The translations under genes were made by a program, and so were the position numbers. From Deltaproteobacteria bacterium (lineage in GTDB: Bacteria; Desulfobacterota_D; UBA1144; Nemesobacterales; CSP1-2): 64,000 bases of DNA. Where the stretch lies: assembly GCA_016187835.1 (NCBI GenBank), contig JACPIY010000079.1:394-64393 (forward strand), in the 5' to 3' direction. Shown here one piece after another: positions 30,801 to 41,028 of this stretch; positions within the stretch are counted from its first letter, which is position 1, and every line of letters begins with the position of its first letter. The notes under the pieces were generated by a model. The model did not search any database and was not told the DNA's origin. It was given only the letters and a program-made list of their open reading frames with translations.

Positions 30801-31523
30801 CTCAAGCAAGCTATTGAGGATGCGAGACAGCATATTTTACATCATTTCAAAAGTGAAAATCCTGACTCGGAATACAGAGCAATCCAAACCTTTAACTTCC
30901 AAATAGAAACGCAGATAGTTAAGCTTCAACCCGATGAGAAAACCGGAATTCTGGCTGAAACGATTCCATATAAAGTTTGTAAACTTAAACCCAGTAGCAA
31001 GATTGGGTCAGAATTTCACCTTCCTCAACATAGACAAGAGCAAAGCCAACTCATCGCAAAGTTGGTAGAACAAGAGGGACCAGTTCATATCCAATACGCG
31101 GCACGTAGGTTAATTAGTGCATGGGGATTAGGACGGATGGGCCCGCGAGTTGTGAAAGCTATCAAAGAAGCTGTGAAACTCTGCCAGAAAGAAGGTACCT
31201 TGAAAAGAGAAGGAAAGTTTTTATGGCCACCGCACGTTACAAAGGTATCTGTACGAGTTCCAGTTGACGGCGTTCCAGAGACGTTTAGAGCGATTGAGCA
31301 CATCCCCACCGAAGAGATTAAAGATGCGATGCTTATTATAATTCGGCATGGCCTTAGTATTAGCGTTGAATCCCTTCTAATAGAAACAGCGAGAATCTTT
31401 GGGTTTAACAGAACCGGAGACAACATTAGAAAGGAATTACTAAAGGTATTCAAAGAATTACTGGAAGAAGGTATGATCGTCCAGAGTGGCGGTTTCGTAG
31501 CTCTAAGAACAAACAAGACATAG
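24848..31523 (+). pseudogene. DUF4011 / SF1 helicase / Vsr-like nuclease / DUF3320 protein (Hhe-like defence gene), split by two frameshifts and one TAG
   Basis: WKQKLVDLTRRNRL; YLALG..W...SPLVLVPV; GPPGTGKSQT; FDEASQ; GDNKQLPP; QGDERD; RRLNVAVTRAR; VECDGATYH..RDRLRQ; breaks at ~25340, ~27882 and TAG 29250-29252. Confidence 0.9.
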
Positions 31524-31624
31524 AATTTATGAAACATTACCTTGCTTGACAACTTACTTACAACTAGCAGTCCATTACCAACTTATACCGTAATTAGTTC
31601 AGCACTTTTTTGCAATAGTTAAAT

Positions 31625-32545
31625 TCACTTTCCAAGCACATCATTCCTTTCTCCACGGAATAAGACCAGGAAAACAACACCGATTATTATCCCTGCTCCT
31701 CCGATCAATTTTATAAAAGATGGCAGGTCGTCAAAGATGAAAAAGGAGAAAAGAATTACGAAAAGAGATTCCATAGGCATCACCGCAGTTGAACGGGAAA
31801 CATCGAGAAGCTTGATTGACTGAAACTGGCATGCCTTTGCGATATACGCCCCAGTTAGACCTCCGAAAGCCATTAGCACCAGGTCCGTTAATCCAGGAAT
31901 CTGAAATCTTCCGGTTATTACTAAATATATGAAAGCTACTATCGCTACTCCAAGGGCCCTTAAATTGGCGACGGTCAGCATATTCAGGTCCTGAGCGATT
32001 TTTTTAACAAGGAAAGACAGGAGCGAGTAGAAAAAAGCAGAAAGAAGAGCCATTAGCGTTCCAAAAATCAAATAACCTTCTCTCTGATAGGCAACAATTA
32101 TACCACCTGCAATCGTAACTATTATTCCCACAGTTTCTCCTTTATTTAATCTCTCACCCAGGAAAATAATTCCTAATAACAACGAAAAAAGGGTTTGAGA
32201 TTTCATAAGAAATGAGGTGAGAGGAGGGCCTATAGTTCTCAGAGAGAAAATCCAGAGAGCGGCGCCTACGGCGGTTACTATAGAGCTGAGGATAAATATA
32301 GTTGTGTATTTTTTTAGTTGTCTTAGCTCACTTCTCTGCGAGCGAAACATCATTACTGCGAATATCGAAAAAAAGAATGCCCCAAAGAACCAGTAAAAGG
32401 TCACAGTCTCAGGGTTTAGATCTTTGTTTACTGCCTTCCCAAACACATAAGAGAGAGCAGTAAAGAAGGCAGTGCTCACCAAAAACAAATAACCTTTTAG
32501 AGGAAATTTGTTTGTTTTTACCCCCAGCTTTAGTAATTCACTCAT
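31625..32545 (-). CDS. EamA/DMT family transporter
   Basis: About 10 TM segments in two EamA repeats; FLGERL. Confidence 0.88.
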   Translation of the reverse strand: MSELLKLGVKTNKFPLKGYLFLVSTAFFTALSYVFGKAVNKDLNPETVTFYWFFGAFFFSIFAVMMFRSQRSELRQLKKYTTIFILSSIVTAVGAALWIFSLRTIGPPLTSFLMKSQTLFSLLLGIIFLGERLNKGETVGIIVTIAGGIIVAYQREGYLIFGTLMALLSAFFYSLLSFLVKKIAQDLNMLTVANLRALGVAIVAFIYLVITGRFQIPGLTDLVLMAFGGLTGAYIAKACQFQSIKLLDVSRSTAVMPMESLFVILFSFFIFDDLPSFIKLIGGAGIIIGVVFLVLFRGERNDVLGK

Positions 32546-32564
32546 GTATAGTTTGCCGTTTATG

Positions 32565-32651
32565 AGTATTTAGCTACAGATAAAACGATGCAAGATGCAG
32601 GATGCAAGATACAGGATAAATCGTGCATCATGAATCATGAATCATGAATCC
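32565..32651. repeat. Heptamer-armed palindromic element (copy B), overlapping the BASS stop codon
   Basis: AGTATTTAGCTACAGAT head, then GATGCAA-GATGCAG-GATGCAA-GATACAG and ATCGTGC-ATCATGA x3. Confidence 0.85.
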
Positions 32652-33579
32652 GAGTATTGTCACTCTTTCTCCACCACCACGCCAACACCGAGCCTGATAT
32701 GTTATGCCATACACTAAACATAGCAGACGGGAGTGCCGCAAGCGCTCCGAAATGCGCTTTCGCAAGTGCCACACCAAGCCCTGAGTTCTGCATCCCGACC
32801 TCTATTGATACTGCCCTAGCCTTGAAATCATCCATCCCCAATAGCTTTGCAATATAAAAACCGAGAGCAAGCCCTATCACGTTATGAAGCATAACTGCAA
32901 GGCCAGTTTTGAGACCGACTTTTCCAATCGTCCCGGCGTTTGACGCAACTATTACCCCCACAATAAAGATAATGGTAACCGAAGAAACCATGGGAAGAAT
33001 CTCGATTGCGGTTTTAACCTTCTCTTTAAACAAGCTTCTTACGCCAAGCCCAAGCGCCACGGGAATAAGGATAATTTCGAATGTAGAAATAAACAGCTTT
33101 AGAACAGGCACAGGAATCCAATGCCCGGCAAGAATATAGGTAAGGAGGGGAGTGAGAACTGGAGAAAGTATCGTAGATACGGATGTCATGGTTACTGAAA
33201 GAGCAACATCTCCTCTTGCCAGATAAGTTATTACATTCGAAGCAGTACCTCCCGGACACGAACCCACAAGCACAACACCGGCTGCAATAAGGGGTTCAAG
33301 CCCCAGAACCTTTGCAAGAGCAAAACCTGTAAAAGGCATAATCCCATACTGAGCCACAAAACCTGCCGCCACGTCCTGGGGCCTTAAGATCACCCTTTTA
33401 AAGTCCGCTCCGGTAAGGGTTATTCCCATACCGAACATTATTACCCCTAGGGCAGGAGTGATGAGATAAGCTAATTTTGCAAAAGTTTCAGGATACGTAT
33501 AGGCAAGAATTGAAAATCCAATTATCCAGAATGTGAAATAATTTGTAAAGACGGTGTTTAGGGACTTGAGAGCTTTCAA
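32635..33579 (-). CDS. Bile acid:sodium symporter (BASS) family transporter
   Basis: MFGMG.TL, CPGGTASNV..YLA.GDVALSV, SIEVGMQNSGL. Confidence 0.93.
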   Translation of the reverse strand: MKALKSLNTVFTNYFTFWIIGFSILAYTYPETFAKLAYLITPALGVIMFGMGITLTGADFKRVILRPQDVAAGFVAQYGIMPFTGFALAKVLGLEPLIAAGVVLVGSCPGGTASNVITYLARGDVALSVTMTSVSTILSPVLTPLLTYILAGHWIPVPVLKLFISTFEIILIPVALGLGVRSLFKEKVKTAIEILPMVSSVTIIFIVGVIVASNAGTIGKVGLKTGLAVMLHNVIGLALGFYIAKLLGMDDFKARAVSIEVGMQNSGLGVALAKAHFGALAALPSAMFSVWHNISGSVLAWWWRKSDNTRIHDS

Positions 33580-33616
33580 GATTTTCTTTTTAGGGACGAA
33601 TTTCTATTGAAGCGAA

Positions 33617-33645
33617 AAACTACATAAGATTTTACGGGGTGTCAA
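33617..33645 (-). promoter_or_regulatory. Sigma70-type promoter upstream of the BASS gene
   Basis: Minus strand TTGACA-17 bp-TAGTTT. Confidence 0.5.
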
Positions 33646-33689
33646 TCAGTTTGGTCGGATTTATTGGGACACAAGAAGCTAAAAACAAA

Positions 33690-34112
33690 TCACTTCTTCT
33701 CTGGAGGAGGTTGCACTACGGCTATTGCGAGTTTGGAAAAGCCATGGGTTCTTACTGTATCCATTAACTCAACTACTTTGCCATGCGGGACGGAATCATC
33801 AGCCCGGATTATTACGAGGGATTCCTTATTCTGATTTTTTCTCAGGGTCTCAGAAAGTCCTTCCAAAGTGGTGGTTTTGTCATTAAGATATAGTTTCCCG
33901 TCTTTTGTTAGATTAATAGTAAGTTGCTCAGTTTTTACAGGTTCGGCAGAAGCAGCCTTTGGAAGTTTTATGTTTATACCGCCCGAGGTTGCCGCAAAGC
34001 TCAGAGAAAGGGCAAAAAATATAAGAAGATTAAAGACCGTATCAACTATTGGTGTAATATCAAGCGCTGCACCTAACCCGCTTTTATTTCCATTCTCTTT
34101 TCTAAACCTCAT
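33690..34112 (-). CDS. exbD: ExbD/TolR biopolymer transport protein
   Basis: DITPIVDTVFNLLIFF, IRADDSVPHG.VV.LMD. Confidence 0.9.
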   Translation of the reverse strand: MRFRKENGNKSGLGAALDITPIVDTVFNLLIFFALSLSFAATSGGINIKLPKAASAEPVKTEQLTINLTKDGKLYLNDKTTTLEGLSETLRKNQNKESLVIIRADDSVPHGKVVELMDTVRTHGFSKLAIAVVQPPPEKK

Positions 34113-34765
34113 CTTGCAATATCCCTCGGTTTCTCTTTTTTATCGCTGACAAGAAGCACCTCTTCCATTATTCTTCTTCCTTCTTCTTCCATTTCAGATA
34201 TAAGATTATCTGCTTTTCCCAATGTGTACTTATATGCTATATAGGCGGGAATTGCGACCAAAAGTCCAAATGCCGTTGTGTAAAGCGCCTCGGATATCCC
34301 GCCGGCAAGGCTGGGTGGATTTACTATTGTCTGTTCGGATATAACTTTAAATATCTTTATCATTCCAGAGATCGTTCCGAGGAGTCCAAGGAGGGTGCTC
34401 ACGTTGCTTATAGCACCTAGTCCTTCTATATACCGTCCGACCTCTTGTGCCTCCTTTCGACCTACAACTTCTATTTCTTCTTTCAGTTCTTCCTTAAATT
34501 TATTCGAGTTTTCTATTGCGGCAAGTGCGATTCTTGCAATCGAAGAACCATTTGTACGAGAAATGACCGTGGCCTCTGGGATCTTTCCCTGAGAAAGAAA
34601 CCCATAAAGATCATTAAGAAATTGCTCCGGAATTATTCTTTGAACCCTGAGCGTCCACATTTTCTGGAGAAATATCGAAAGCCCTACGACAGAGCAGAGA
34701 AGGATAGGATACATAAAAACCCCACCCTTTTTCATAAATTCAACAACACTGCTGTCCCAAATCAT
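34109..34765 (-). CDS. exbB: MotA/TolQ/ExbB proton channel protein
   Basis: LLGLLGTISGMI, LAGGISEALYTTAFGLLVAIPA. Confidence 0.9.
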   Translation of the reverse strand: MIWDSSVVEFMKKGGVFMYPILLCSVVGLSIFLQKMWTLRVQRIIPEQFLNDLYGFLSQGKIPEATVISRTNGSSIARIALAAIENSNKFKEELKEEIEVVGRKEAQEVGRYIEGLGAISNVSTLLGLLGTISGMIKIFKVISEQTIVNPPSLAGGISEALYTTAFGLLVAIPAYIAYKYTLGKADNLISEMEEEGRRIMEEVLLVSDKKEKPRDIAR

Positions 34766-34950
34766 TAAAGCCTCCGCTTCTAAACGAAAATGAAATACTA
34801 TGCAAGTTCAATCGAACAAAACATAAGTTTCCTATTTGATTAAATAGAATATACGTGGTGTGTAACCAGGTCAACAAATTATTACTTTGACTATTTCTTT
34901 TAGCAGGTTCTTTAAAACAGTTAAATAGGGTATTTAAAAAGTATTAGTCT

Positions 34951-36210
34951 TTATCTTAAGCGATCGGGAATAACTTCACCCCGAATCAAATCCTCATATT
35001 TTTCCCTTTCCCTTACTACAAAAAATTCCCCTCCTCTTACTATGACCTCAGGAACCCGAGGACGGGTGTTATAGTTAGAAGACATGACAAACCCATAAGC
35101 GCCGGCACTCAGAATTACAAGATGGTCATCCTTTTTTACCTTAGGAAGACGCCTATCTTTTGCAAAAAAATCTCCTGACTCACAAATGGGTCCCACTATA
35201 TCCACAATTTCATCATCCCCAAGGCTCTTATCCACTGTAAGGATCTCATGGTAAGAATCGTAGAATGCGGGGCGGATTAAATCATTCATCGCAGCATCCA
35301 CTACGACAAAATTCTTAGACTTTCCTCCTTTTAGATAAAGCACTTTTGTTAGAAGGGCTCCCGCATTTCCCACAAGCGACCTTCCAGGTTCTAGGATGAG
35401 TCCGTATGAGTTATCCATTTCTTTCATTATGATATCCGCATACCCCTTTGGATGGGGTGGACTATCCTCTTTCTTATACTTTATTCCGAGTCCTCCTCCA
35501 ATATCAATATATTGGATGTTTATCCCTTCTTTCCTTAGAACGTCGGCGAGTTTAACCAGTTTCCTCACGGATTCCATAAAAGGCGAGAGATCAAAAATCT
35601 GAGAACCTATGTGAGCGTCTAACCCTACAATCTCAATTCCCTCCATGCCCGCGGCCTTTTTATAAACTTCTACCGCCCTGTCAATTTCAATGCCAAATTT
35701 GCTTTTCTTAAGTCCAGTAGAAATGTAAGGGTGAGTTTTTGGGTCAATATCTGGATTTACTCTAAGTGCGATCCTCGCCTTTTTGCCTAATCCTTTTGCA
35801 ACCCCATTTAGCACATAAAGCTCCTCTATAGACTCTATATTAAAGAACAGAATTTCTGCCTCAATTGCGGCTTTCATTTCTTCTTCCGTTTTACCAACTC
35901 CTGAGAAGACAATCTTTGACGGGTCTCCATCAGCACGCAAGACTCGGATTAATTCTCCACCTGAGACAATATCAAATCCGGCTCCCAGCTTTGCAAAGGT
36001 CTTTAAAACTGAAAGGTTTGAATTTGCCTTTACCGAGTAGCATATGAGAGGGTCTATTCTGGAAAATGCATCACGCAAAACGTTAAAATTCTCGACTAAA
36101 GTCGAATAACTGTAGATATAACAAGGAGTACCAACAGCTTGCGCAATTTCTTTTAACGAAACATCTTCTACGTAGAAATCGTTATCCTTGTACCCAAAAC
36201 GATACTGCAT
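34951..36210 (-). CDS. lysA: Diaminopimelate decarboxylase
   Basis: YSVKANSN, HIGSQ, EPGR, GPICESGD, GAYG..MSSNYN.R. Confidence 0.97.
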   Translation of the reverse strand: MQYRFGYKDNDFYVEDVSLKEIAQAVGTPCYIYSYSTLVENFNVLRDAFSRIDPLICYSVKANSNLSVLKTFAKLGAGFDIVSGGELIRVLRADGDPSKIVFSGVGKTEEEMKAAIEAEILFFNIESIEELYVLNGVAKGLGKKARIALRVNPDIDPKTHPYISTGLKKSKFGIEIDRAVEVYKKAAGMEGIEIVGLDAHIGSQIFDLSPFMESVRKLVKLADVLRKEGINIQYIDIGGGLGIKYKKEDSPPHPKGYADIIMKEMDNSYGLILEPGRSLVGNAGALLTKVLYLKGGKSKNFVVVDAAMNDLIRPAFYDSYHEILTVDKSLGDDEIVDIVGPICESGDFFAKDRRLPKVKKDDHLVILSAGAYGFVMSSNYNTRPRVPEVIVRGGEFFVVREREKYEDLIRGEVIPDRLR

Positions 36211-36261
36211 TTTTAACGTTCTCCTTTTGCAGCTTAACTATTTGACCGCTAATAGACAGGA

Positions 36262-36456
36262 CTAGGTATTAGGTTTTCAGTGACAACAATTAAGTTAAAA
36301 CCTAACAGGCAACACCTCAAACCTAATCCAACAATGTCAATTGGCTTCGTGTTGTGGTTCCTGCAATCCCCCTCTTAAACGCTATAACAAATCCTAGCAC
36401 CTGGCCTCTCAGTGAACTCACGACGAAAACCGACTATAGCCTGCGATTTCGCGGCT
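36262..36456 (-). repeat. Composite intergenic element (copy D): head shared with copy C, followed by different heptamer arms
   Basis: Minus strand GCCGCGAAATCGCAGGCTATAGTCGG...CGAAGCCAATTGACA (15-bp exact match to 55348-55362), then TTAGGTT-TGAGGTG..TTAGGTT / ACCTAAT-ACCTAG. Confidence 0.65.
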
Positions 36457-36525
36457 TAAGACCTTCGAATTATATTATATTTATCAGAAAAGTTAAACAA
36501 AGGGAATCTATATAATAAAAAAGAA

Positions 36526-36643
36526 TCGGGGCAGCTACCTACTTTCCCACTCCCGTACGGGAGCAGTATCATGGGCCTTGAAGAGCTTAACTTCCGGGTT
36601 CGGAATGGGACCGGGTGTTTCCTCTTCAGTATAGCCACCCAGA
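36526..36643 (-). rRNA. rrf: 5S rRNA, stand-alone
   Basis: Minus strand TCTGGGTGGCTATACTGAAGAGGAAACACCCGGTCCCATTCCGAACCCGGAAGTTAAGCTCTTC...GTGGGAAAGTAGGTAGCTGCCCCGA; conserved CCGAAC loop; ends pair. Confidence 0.96.
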
Positions 36644-36654
36644 TTCGGGTATAA

Positions 36655-36682
36655 AATTTAACTGAGTGTAAAAATATGTCAA
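36655..36682 (-). promoter_or_regulatory. Sigma70 promoter directly upstream of the 5S rRNA
   Basis: Minus strand TTGACA-16 bp-TAAATT, about 10 bp before the 5S 5' end. Confidence 0.6.
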
Positions 36683-36731
36683 GCCCCATTACAGTTGAAA
36701 TATATTCTTAAAAATGCTTTAATTTACCCTT

Positions 36732-37598
36732 ATGGAAGAACTTATAAACAAATTTATTGGAGCACTTGACAGAAGAGAAACAACCAAAGAGACTTATCTC
36801 AAAGCCCTTCGAGAGTTTGCCAAGTGGCTGGGAAAAAGCACTCCTTTAATACTGACCTCCCACGATATTCAACTTTATAAGGAATTTCTGGCTTCTAAGA
36901 ATCTATCTCCAACCTCGCTTTCCACCTACCTTACGGCTGTTAGGAGATTCTACTACTATCTAATTTCAGTAGATATGGTCACCGAAAACCCCGCGAAGAA
37001 AATTAGAGGAAGCGGAAGACCACAAAGGCATCTTAGAGATCCACTATCTCATGATGAAGTAAAAAATCTGCTGGATGCGATTGATCCGTCCTCTTCAGTA
37101 GGACTCAGAGACTGGGCAATGGTAAACTTTATGGTAAGGTGTGGCCTTAGCGAAATAGAAATCGTAAGGGCAAATGCTGGCGATATAAAAGTTAAGGGGG
37201 GTAAGCAGGTGATCTTTGTTCAGGGAAAAAGCAAAGATAAGAAAGACGAATATGTAATACTTACACCTTCCGCACGAGAAGCACTTGAAAAATATCTTGA
37301 AGGCAGAGGGAAAACCAATGAAGATGAACCATTATTTTGTGGTGTAGGAAATAGGGCGAAAGGAGAAAGAATAACAACCCGTGCGATAAGGGAGAGGGTG
37401 AATTATTATCTTAACCTTGCGGGACTTAAAAGAAAGGGGATAACTCCATATAGCCTTCGACACACAGCAGCACTTCTTGCAATCGAAAGCGGAGCAGCAG
37501 TTTCAGAAGTAAAACAAATGCTTCGTCATAAAACAATTGATTCTACTCTAGTTTACTTTGAAGAATCAGAGGAATTAAAGAGAAAAGATAAAATATAA
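36732..37598 (+). CDS. Tyrosine recombinase/integrase-family protein with an altered catalytic pentad
   Basis: SAM-like N-domain (T..TY...L..F, YLTAVRRFY, NPA); RDWAM; QGK; YSLRHT; LRH....T..Y; the first catalytic Arg is Ser (CGLSEIE). Confidence 0.88.
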   Translation: MEELINKFIGALDRRETTKETYLKALREFAKWLGKSTPLILTSHDIQLYKEFLASKNLSPTSLSTYLTAVRRFYYYLISVDMVTENPAKKIRGSGRPQRHLRDPLSHDEVKNLLDAIDPSSSVGLRDWAMVNFMVRCGLSEIEIVRANAGDIKVKGGKQVIFVQGKSKDKKDEYVILTPSAREALEKYLEGRGKTNEDEPLFCGVGNRAKGERITTRAIRERVNYYLNLAGLKRKGITPYSLRHTAALLAIESGAAVSEVKQMLRHKTIDSTLVYFEESEELKRKDKI

Positions 37599-37687
37599 AA
37601 ATCTATTCGGCTATTTGCTTTGATTCAGAAAACTGACAAGCCAGCTAAAGAAGAGAAGATTAAATCCGAAATTTAGCTATTCTTCTT

Positions 37688-39274
37688 CTAAACAAAACTC
37701 TTTATTGGATAAACTCTACCTGCGCGTTTTAACTTTTTTATTGCTTTTACTTCGATTTGCCTGATTCTTTCTCTCGTCACCTGAAATTCCTGACCCACTT
37801 CTTCAAGTGTATGCTCTCTTTCCCTATCTATGCCAAAGCGAAGCCTTACTATACTCTCCTCCCTGGTGTTAAGAACCGAATAGAGGGCATCTTTTATTAT
37901 CTGCTTGAGTTCTTTCATTTCAAGAACTTGAAGCGGGGATGTCGTGTTTATATCCTGTATAAAATCAATAAGTTTACTATCTTCCTCATCCCCGATCGGA
38001 GTCTCTAGAGAAATCGGATCCTTTGCAATTCTAAGAATCCTTGTAACTTTGTCAATCGGCATACCAACTCTCTTCGCTATTTCTTCAGGGAAAGGCTCAC
38101 GCCCCAGTTCTTGTACAAGAAGCCTCGATACTCTTATAAGTCTGTTTATAGTCTCTGTCATATGAACTGGAATTCTTATTATTCTTGACTGATCCGCAAG
38201 AGACCGGGTTATCGCCTGCCTTATCCACCATGTAGCATAGGTAGAAAACTTGTATCCTCTGTTATATTCAAACTTATCAACAGCACGCATAAGCCCCATG
38301 TTTCCCTCCTGAATCAAATCCAAAAAAGGAAGACCACGGTTAATATATCTTCTTGCTATGCTAACAACGAGCCGCAGATTAGATTCAATCAATCTCTTTC
38401 TCGCTCTGTAAGCTCTCTCCTCTCCAGCCTCGATTTTATCTAGAGACTTTTTAAGTTTCTGAACATTATCTCCAGCTTCTTTTATAAGACCATGGAGTTT
38501 CTTTTTTAGACTACTTCCTGTTTCCAGCGTTGCAGATCTACCATGCTTTTGAGATTCCTTAAATTCTTTTCGGATTTCGCTTATCTGGTTTATGTAACTT
38601 TTAACAACAGAAAGAATTTTATCCATCTGATTTTTATTTAGATTTATTTGTTCTAAAGAAGAAATAATCTTTTCGTTGTTTTCCTTTATCTTTTGTCTTA
38701 GAGATACTCTGCTTTCCATTGGTGACTTGCTAAGATTTTTCTTTATTTTTCCGTTAGCCAGATATAGTTTTTTAATCTCATTTATAGACCGCTTTATTCC
38801 GAGAAGTACTTCCTCCTCTCCTACATCATCCGACTCGTCATCAAGGGTGTTTGTTATATCTCTTACGTTGAGTGTGCCCTTTTTTAATTTTTCACCAAGA
38901 TTAATCACCTCTCTAAGCATTAAAGAGGAACTAAGTATCGCTCTTGCCACCATCATTTTTCCTATCTCAATCTCTTTTGCTATCTGAATCTCTTCTTCTC
39001 TCGTTAGAAGTGAATGACAAGCTATTTCATGGAGATAGTATCTTATTAAATCATATTCACTCAGGCTCTGACCGTTTGTATTAAAATCCTTTGGGGGAGA
39101 CAGTGTCTCTTCCGCTTTATCGTCTTGGTCATAATCCTTTTCATATATTCTCTCTTCAGGAAACTCCTCTTTTTCTTCTTCGTCCCCGAAAGAATCGCTA
39201 AGCAATGGGTCTGCAATGCTATCTTCTTCTCCCTCAGTTTCAAAGTGATACTCATCTTTTTTCTTAATCTTCAT
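37688..39274 (-). CDS. rpoD: RNA polymerase primary sigma factor
   Basis: [57 protein letters not shown]. Confidence 0.95.
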   Translation of the reverse strand: MKIKKKDEYHFETEGEEDSIADPLLSDSFGDEEEKEEFPEERIYEKDYDQDDKAEETLSPPKDFNTNGQSLSEYDLIRYYLHEIACHSLLTREEEIQIAKEIEIGKMMVARAILSSSLMLREVINLGEKLKKGTLNVRDITNTLDDESDDVGEEEVLLGIKRSINEIKKLYLANGKIKKNLSKSPMESRVSLRQKIKENNEKIISSLEQINLNKNQMDKILSVVKSYINQISEIRKEFKESQKHGRSATLETGSSLKKKLHGLIKEAGDNVQKLKKSLDKIEAGEERAYRARKRLIESNLRLVVSIARRYINRGLPFLDLIQEGNMGLMRAVDKFEYNRGYKFSTYATWWIRQAITRSLADQSRIIRIPVHMTETINRLIRVSRLLVQELGREPFPEEIAKRVGMPIDKVTRILRIAKDPISLETPIGDEEDSKLIDFIQDINTTSPLQVLEMKELKQIIKDALYSVLNTREESIVRLRFGIDREREHTLEEVGQEFQVTRERIRQIEVKAIKKLKRAGRVYPIKSFV

Positions 39275-41028
39275 GAGCTTCCCCCTTTTATACTTTTCTC
39301 TTGTTCAACTAAGTCCCTGTATTCCTTAATTAGTTCCTTTTCTAGGATAAAATTCTTCATCGCTAAGGCCTGATCTATTTTAAGTCTTAAGAGTCTTAAG
39401 CTATCCTCCAATCTCCTGAGTTTTAAAGTTCGAATACAATCCCTTAGCATCTTCCACGCAGTCGCTTCATCAGGAACATCGTCAGAGAAAAAAACGGTCT
39501 CAGATATAATCTCTTGAACGGACCCGCTGCTAAATCTTATTAGAAGGGAAGGTACATCATCAAAACCGTTTAAAATAAGTTCTTTCAAAACAGTTTTGAT
39601 ATCGTTTTCAGAAATGAAATCAATTAAGTTTTCTTCACGCAAGTAGTTTAAATATTCCGGGAACTTAAGAACAATTTTAAGAATAAGTCGCTCTTGTGTA
39701 TCGGCAGCCTTTTTAGTCTTAAACCTCTCTTTTTCCAATTTTTCGCTATACTTCATCAGAGATAAAAGCTCATTTTCCCTAACGCCGAAACTCTCCCCAG
39801 TCTTTTTTATATAATGGCTTTTTTCAATACTATCTTTAATCTTCTTAAGAACATCAGCTACTTCTTGAACTGCTCTACTCCTCGTTATTTTTCCTTCTTG
39901 AAAATCCCTTATATTTTTTTCTATGAAGATATCTAGAAGCGGTGCTGCACCTTCAACCAACCTTTGAAATTCATCTTGTCTGCCAGCAGAAATAAATGAC
40001 GAGGGATCGTCTCCTTTAGGTAAAACAACCATAAGAGGTGATACTCCCTCCTCGAGAAAAACCTGAAGAACCCTAAGTGAAGCTTTTATCCCAGCTTCAT
40101 CTCCATCAAACACAACTACTACTTTATCAGTGTACCGCTTAAGGAGCATTGCGTGGTCGCGTGTTAAAGAAGTTCCTAACGTGGCAACAGCATTTTTTAT
40201 TCCCGTAAAGTAAAGAGAAAGAAAATCCATGTAGCCTTCTACGACTAATGCCTTGTCAAATTTTCTTATAAAATCCCTGGATTTATCAAGCCCGAATAAG
40301 ACGCTTTTTTTGTGATAAATTTCCGACTCAGGGGAGTTCATATACTTAGGCTCATCTCCGTCTAGAGTCCTCCCTCCAAACCCAACCACCTTGCCATCAA
40401 TGTCTTTTATTGGAAACATTATCCTCTTTCTAAACCTATCATAGTAGCCGTCTTTATTATTTCTTTTAATTACAAGCCCGAGTCTCTCAGCTACACTAAG
40501 TGGAATGTTTTTAGCCGTTAAAAATTGAACTAAAGTATCCCATTCATCAGGAGCATATCCCAGTTGAAATTCTTTTATTATCTCTAATGAGATCCCCCTT
40601 CCTGCTAAATAGTCTATAACCTCTTTGCTCCGTTTGCTCCTACGGAGGAATTCGTGGTAAAAACTACAAACCAAAGAATTTGTCTTGAATAAAATATCTC
40701 TCTTAGATCTATTCTTTACACTTATAGAGGATTTTTCAAGTTTAACATCAGCTCGCCTAGCAAGTTCCTTTACAGATTCGGAAAATGTAAGGTTGTTATA
40801 ACGCATTATAAATCCGAATATATCCCCTCCCGCCCCACAGGCAAAGCAGTGAAAGACCCCTTTTTCTTCATTTACATGAAGAGACGGATTCTTATCGTCA
40901 TGAAATGGGCAAAGACCCACATAACTTTTCCCCGACCTTCTGAGGGACAGGTAATTTTCTATGAGGTTTACAATACTTAACCTCCTTTTTATCTCCTTAA
41001 TAACTGATTCATACGCTAAATTTTCCAT
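39271..41028 (-). CDS. dnaG: DNA primase
   Basis: CPFH...PS, HCFACG, DRFR.R.MFPI, KYMNSPE, EGYMD, FDGDEAG. Confidence 0.97.
   Translation of the reverse strand: MENLAYESVIKEIKRRLSIVNLIENYLSLRRSGKSYVGLCPFHDDKNPSLHVNEEKGVFHCFACGAGGDIFGFIMRYNNLTFSESVKELARRADVKLEKSSISVKNRSKRDILFKTNSLVCSFYHEFLRRSKRSKEVIDYLAGRGISLEIIKEFQLGYAPDEWDTLVQFLTAKNIPLSVAERLGLVIKRNNKDGYYDRFRKRIMFPIKDIDGKVVGFGGRTLDGDEPKYMNSPESEIYHKKSVLFGLDKSRDFIRKFDKALVVEGYMDFLSLYFTGIKNAVATLGTSLTRDHAMLLKRYTDKVVVVFDGDEAGIKASLRVLQVFLEEGVSPLMVVLPKGDDPSSFISAGRQDEFQRLVEGAAPLLDIFIEKNIRDFQEGKITRSRAVQEVADVLKKIKDSIEKSHYIKKTGESFGVRENELLSLMKYSEKLEKERFKTKKAADTQERLILKIVLKFPEYLNYLREENLIDFISENDIKTVLKELILNGFDDVPSLLIRFSSGSVQEIISETVFFSDDVPDEATAWKMLRDCIRTLKLRRLEDSLRLLRLKIDQALAMKNFILEKELIKEYRDLVEQEKSIKGGSS

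Noticed and set aside
32581..32651. CRISPR array in the tandem-repeat regions
   Set aside because: Units are 7 bp with no unique spacers, and no cas genes are present
36240..36460. Lysine riboswitch upstream of lysA
   Set aside because: I could not find the conserved L-box motifs or P1 pairing; the region is better explained by repeat similarity to 55311-55362; an Rfam scan would settle it
36456..36689. 77 aa minus-strand ORF
   Set aside because: It overlaps the 5S rRNA gene; spurious
36732..37598. Prophage or integrative element, or canonical xerC/xerD
   Set aside because: No cargo or att duplication; flanks are core genes; motifs deviate from XerC/D, so no gene symbol was assigned
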